Positions 60,128 to 64,000 of a stretch of DNA of 64,000 nt are shown one piece after another. Source of the stretch: an uncultured Muribaculaceae bacterium (GTDB lineage: Bacteria; Bacteroidota; Bacteroidia; Bacteroidales; Muribaculaceae). The position numbers were made by a program, and so were the translations under genes. The stretch's first letter is position 1, and the number at the start of each line of letters is the position of its first letter. The stretch lies in the NCBI GenBank assembly GCA_910585285.1, contig CAJUDL010000014.1:2174-66173 (forward strand). The letters are read 5' to 3'. The notes under the pieces were generated by a model. That model worked only from the letters and a program-made list of their open reading frames with translations, was not told the DNA's origin and did no database searches.

Positions 60128-60697
60128 ATGGAAAAATTCACATTCAAAGGAGGAATCACCCGTTACTGGTGGATGCCCTTGATCACCGGGCTCCTCTCAA
60201 TCGCAATCGGAATCTGGTGCCTTTGTAGCCCGGATTCATCACTGCCCGTGCTCGCTTATGTTTTCGCAGCGGTAGTAATCGTGGCAGGTGTAGTCAACAT
60301 CGCTTTTGCCATTGCCAACTCGCAGATAATGCCGGGATGGGGATGGTCGCTTGCTCTCGGCTTGATCGAGATCATTGTGGGAATATGGCTATACACCCTT
60401 CCTGAAGAGATGCTGATTATCACTTTTATCTACACAATTGGTGTCTATCTCATTTTCATCACGATCAATGCCATTTGTGAATCATGCATGCTTTACACCT
60501 ACTCTTCAGGCATGACGGGCTGGCTCCTCGCCCTGCTTCTGATCACACTGGCGTTTTCTGTTATTTTCCTTGCAGGTCCGATCGTAGAAGGCGTTGCCGT
60601 TTGGTTATATATCGGCATCTCTTTCATAACCTTCGGATGCTACAGGATTGCATTGGCAGCCAAACTAAGGAAGCTCAACCATGAAGTCCGATTCTGA
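60128..60697 (+). CDS. HdeD/DUF308 family membrane protein
   Basis: WWMPLITGLL..AIGIW, GWGW.L..GLI; about six TM segments. Confidence 0.82.
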   Translation: MEKFTFKGGITRYWWMPLITGLLSIAIGIWCLCSPDSSLPVLAYVFAAVVIVAGVVNIAFAIANSQIMPGWGWSLALGLIEIIVGIWLYTLPEEMLIITFIYTIGVYLIFITINAICESCMLYTYSSGMTGWLLALLLITLAFSVIFLAGPIVEGVAVWLYIGISFITFGCYRIALAAKLRKLNHEVRF

Positions 60698-60716
60698 CAC
60701 ATTACTTCAAAACTTC

Positions 60717-60759
60717 AAAACGAAATAAAGCCGCCCTTTGGGCGGCTTTATTTCGTTTT
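60717..60759. terminator. Bidirectional terminator
   Basis: aaaacgaaataaagccgccc-ttt-gggcggctttatttcgtttt. Confidence 0.85.
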
Positions 60760-60777
60760 GATATATATCCAAAGTTA

Positions 60778-62094
60778 TTAATCTCTTCTGAAAATATCGC
60801 GAGTATAAACCTTTTCCGCCACATCGTCAAGACAGGCATCATATCGGTTGGCAAGTATTGACTGAGACATCTCCTTGAATTTGTCAAGATCATTCACCAC
60901 AAGACTTCCGAAAAATGTTGTGCCGTCTTCAAGAGTGGGCTCATAAATAATCACGGTTGCACCCTTCGCCTTGATACGCTTCATCACTCCCTGAATCGAC
61001 GACTGACGGAAGTTATCGGAATTAGATTTCATTGTGAGACGATACACCCCTATCACACATGGTTTCTCGGGCGCCATCCCATATGTATTGGAGGTTGTGT
61101 AATCATAATATCCTGCCATGCGGAGCACCTGATCCGCTATGAAATCTTTACGCGTGCGATTACTCTCCACAATCGCTGTCATCATGTTCTGAGGCACCTC
61201 CGCATAGTTCGCAAGCAGCTGTTTTGTGTCTTTGGGGAGGCAATAACCACCATAACCGAAAGATGGATTGTTATAATGCGAACCGATGCGAGGATCCAGC
61301 CCAACACCCCTTATGATAGCCTGGGAATCGAGACCTTTTACTTCGGCATAGGTGTCAAGTTCATTGAAATAGCTCACACGCAATGCCAAATAGGTATTAG
61401 CGAAAAGTTTTACTGCCTCAGCCTCTTTCAGACCCATATAAAGAGTGTCGATATCAGGTTTGAGAGCTCCCTGCTGCAGAAGTGAAACAAATATGCGTGC
61501 CGCTTCATCAAGAGATGGGATATCGGCAACAGCTTCAATCGCTGCATTCTCTTCAATGAAACGTTTATCTTCGATAAGTTTGGGAATGCCGGCAATAATT
61601 CTTGATGGATAAAGGTTGTCGTAGAGAGCCTTCGATTCACGAAGGAATTCAGGGAAGAAAAGAAGATTGAATTTCTTCACCCCTTTGGCTGCATATTTCA
61701 CATAAAGCGAACGACAATAACCCACCGGGATTGTAGACTTTATCACCATCACGGCATCCGGATTAACCGAAAGCACCAGATCAATTACATCCTCAATATG
61801 ATGAGTGTCAAAATAGTTGGTATGTGGATCATAATTTGTCGGAGCGGCGATCACTACAAAATCGGCATCGCGATAAGCAGCTGCCCCATCAAGCGTGGCG
61901 GTCAAATCAAGCTCCTTCTCGGCAAGATATTTTTCAATATAGTCATCTTGAATTGGAGAAACCCGGTTGTTGATTTTTTCCACTTTTTCAGGAATCACAT
62001 CCACTGCCGTCACATGGTTATGCTGCGACAGCAGAGTCGCGATGCTCAGTCCGACATAACCGGTGCCGGCAACTGCAATATTATATTTCTGCAT
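60778..62094 (-). CDS. ugd: UDP-glucose 6-dehydrogenase
   Basis: [36 protein letters not shown]. Confidence 0.95.
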   Translation of the reverse strand: MQKYNIAVAGTGYVGLSIATLLSQHNHVTAVDVIPEKVEKINNRVSPIQDDYIEKYLAEKELDLTATLDGAAAYRDADFVVIAAPTNYDPHTNYFDTHHIEDVIDLVLSVNPDAVMVIKSTIPVGYCRSLYVKYAAKGVKKFNLLFFPEFLRESKALYDNLYPSRIIAGIPKLIEDKRFIEENAAIEAVADIPSLDEAARIFVSLLQQGALKPDIDTLYMGLKEAEAVKLFANTYLALRVSYFNELDTYAEVKGLDSQAIIRGVGLDPRIGSHYNNPSFGYGGYCLPKDTKQLLANYAEVPQNMMTAIVESNRTRKDFIADQVLRMAGYYDYTTSNTYGMAPEKPCVIGVYRLTMKSNSDNFRQSSIQGVMKRIKAKGATVIIYEPTLEDGTTFFGSLVVNDLDKFKEMSQSILANRYDACLDDVAEKVYTRDIFRRD

Positions 62095-62241
62095 TTGTAT
62101 ATCTAAATTATAATTATCGATGGGCTGTCATACTGAACTTAAAGTTCTATCTCTGCAAAATTAACAAGAACTCACGGCAAAAACAAATCGGGGGAAAGAT
62201 TTTTACAAATCCTTCCCCCGATCGCCATTAATCAGCATTTA

Positions 62242-63075
62242 TTATTTCACATTGTCTTTATGTCGCTCCTCTTTTTCCTCTTTCTCGGGATTTGCGAAAG
62301 GTGCATCCGTGGGCGACGGCAAGCGTTTGTCGGGTGTGGAAATCTTCATCTTGATTTTGGTCCAGACACAATTCGGAACCGAACGCCATAGCCCAACGAG
62401 AATATTCCATCGCCAGTCGATAACCGCCACTCTGGGACGCTTCACTATTGCGCGGATGATAAGAGGCACCGCATAGTCGAGGTTCATTTCAAGCGGATAT
62501 TTAAGTCCTTCGACAAGCAGCGGAGTGCGTATCCAACCGGGGCGGATGTCTGTAAACGAAACCTTCGCACCCTCCTCTGTGGCAAGTTGCTCAAGAGCCA
62601 CCATGTATGCCTGCGCTCCTTTTTTGGATGCTGAATAAGCAGACAGACGACCGATTCCGTTTGTTCCCGCCACACTCGTTATGGCAGCAATCCTTCCCGA
62701 GCGGTGATTATCGCGGAAATAGCGGTATGCAGTCGACAACATCCTTGCGAAACCGCCAAGATTTGTGGCGATGATGTTGACCTCTCTCTGAGGATCAAGA
62801 GCGAGGTTTTCATAACCTATACCCGCAACATGGAAATAGATATCCATGCCGCCCAACTTCTCTATAAGCTTCCCGAGCAACTCGGGAGCGTTGGCATGTG
62901 TGACATCTATAGATTCATACTCCACCATATCGGGATATTTCTTTTTAAGTTCCCGCATGGTTTCGGTGTGGCGTGCCGCCATACCTACTTTCACACCTCG
63001 TGAGGCAAATGCCTCTGCAACTCTGAGTCCGATGCCTGAAGAGGCACCCATTATAACGATTCTTTTCATACCCAT
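62242..63075 (-). CDS. Short-chain dehydrogenase/reductase
   Basis: GASSGIG, YSASK, PGWIRT. Confidence 0.92.
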   Translation of the reverse strand: MGMKRIVIMGASSGIGLRVAEAFASRGVKVGMAARHTETMRELKKKYPDMVEYESIDVTHANAPELLGKLIEKLGGMDIYFHVAGIGYENLALDPQREVNIIATNLGGFARMLSTAYRYFRDNHRSGRIAAITSVAGTNGIGRLSAYSASKKGAQAYMVALEQLATEEGAKVSFTDIRPGWIRTPLLVEGLKYPLEMNLDYAVPLIIRAIVKRPRVAVIDWRWNILVGLWRSVPNCVWTKIKMKISTPDKRLPSPTDAPFANPEKEEKEERHKDNVK

Positions 63076-63147
63076 ATAACAAAAAGGCAGCCCTCCTTGT
63101 TGCGGGCTGCCTCATTATCCTGTAAAAAGAATTTAGAAGTTTCTTAA

Positions 63148-64000
63148 TCAGAAATGACTCGATCCGTCGAAACAATGCGTGCAAAGCTTACACTTCGGCA
63201 AACCGATGCTCTCAACCAATGTTTCGATAGGATTGAATTTTAGGGATGTGAGCCCGAAACGTTGACGAATCTTCTCCACCAACGCCTCATATTGCGGACT
63301 GCCGGTTGTTGCATAAAGATCGAGGTTTTTCCCAGGATCCCCCTCAAGTTCCTCAATTATGCGTCGGGTAAGAAGCTCCATGTCTGACTTCGAAGATGTG
63401 AAACCGAGGTATCGGCAACCATAGATCAGCGGGGGACAGGCTATGCGCATATGCACCTCCTTTGCTCCATTTGCATAGAGTTCGGCAACGTTATCGTTAA
63501 GCTGCGTGCCGCGCACGATCGAATCATCGCAGAACAATGCACGCTTACCTTCAAGCATGGCATGGTTGGGCACGAGTTTCATTTTTGCCACAAGATCACG
63601 CATCGATTGGTTTGCCGGAGTGAATGATCGCGGCCATGTAGGAGTGTATTTTGAGATGCATCGACGATAGGGCACGCCATGTCCTGAAGCATAACCCAAC
63701 GCCATTCCGACTCCGGAATCAGGAATGCCACATGCGCAATCCACATCTGTTTTATCTGTCTTGCCCATCGCCTCTCCGGATGCAAAACGGGTTTCCTCAA
63801 CGTTTACACCTTCATAGCATGAAGTCGGGAATCCATAATACACCCACAGAAAACTGCATATCTGCATCTCTTCGAGAGGTGCACTCAACTGTCGCACACC
63901 GTCGGCAGTAAATTCCACAATCTCTCCGGGTCCGAGATCGCGCATTATCTTATATCCCAGATTCGGGAAAGCTGTTGTTTCGGAAGTAGCGGCTATTGCC
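63148..64000 (-). CDS. purF: Amidophosphoribosyltransferase, 3' part (runs off window)
   Basis: CSFLWVYY, GIPDSG, DDSIVRGT, CTHCF; frame open to the window end. Confidence 0.93.
   Translation of the reverse strand, partial: AIAATSETTAFPNLGYKIMRDLGPGEIVEFTADGVRQLSAPLEEMQICSFLWVYYGFPTSCYEGVNVEETRFASGEAMGKTDKTDVDCACGIPDSGVGMALGYASGHGVPYRRCISKYTPTWPRSFTPANQSMRDLVAKMKLVPNHAMLEGKRALFCDDSIVRGTQLNDNVAELYANGAKEVHMRIACPPLIYGCRYLGFTSSKSDMELLTRRIIEELEGDPGKNLDLYATTGSPQYEALVEKIRQRFGLTSLKFNPIETLVESIGLPKCKLCTHCFDGSSHF

Overview
64-kb chromosomal segment of a Bacteroidales bacterium. The Bacteroidetes-type TTTG-N19/21-TAnnTTTG promoters and the gene content support this; a Muribaculaceae-like gut commensal is my inference. 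Most genes are housekeeping: rho-aroC, tilS, ruvX-def-ettA, ddh, tsaB/DUF4290-murA-rimM, rarA, a split-P glycine cleavage operon, dus, fprA, dedA, ugd and purF. Accessory blocks are a secreted CHAT protease, a WYL regulator plus GIY-YIG-type nuclease pair, a complete Yersinia-like ureABCEFGD urease operon near a beta-carbonic anhydrase, an ECF sigma cluster, and a GLPGLI/outer-membrane beta-barrel cassette. I found no rRNA, tRNA, CRISPR array, integrase or transposase. The best unexplained signals are mostly non-coding: a DriD-like operator on an apparently leaderless WYL-nuclease operon, a ~195-bp rod-like palindrome filling the murA-operon leader, two dispersed 3'-UTR repeat families, a GTAG-REP doublet, an ~800-bp motif-rich AT region beside an XRE gene, and a His-rich small ORF missing from the ORF track. 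All calls come from reading the sequence; no searches were run.
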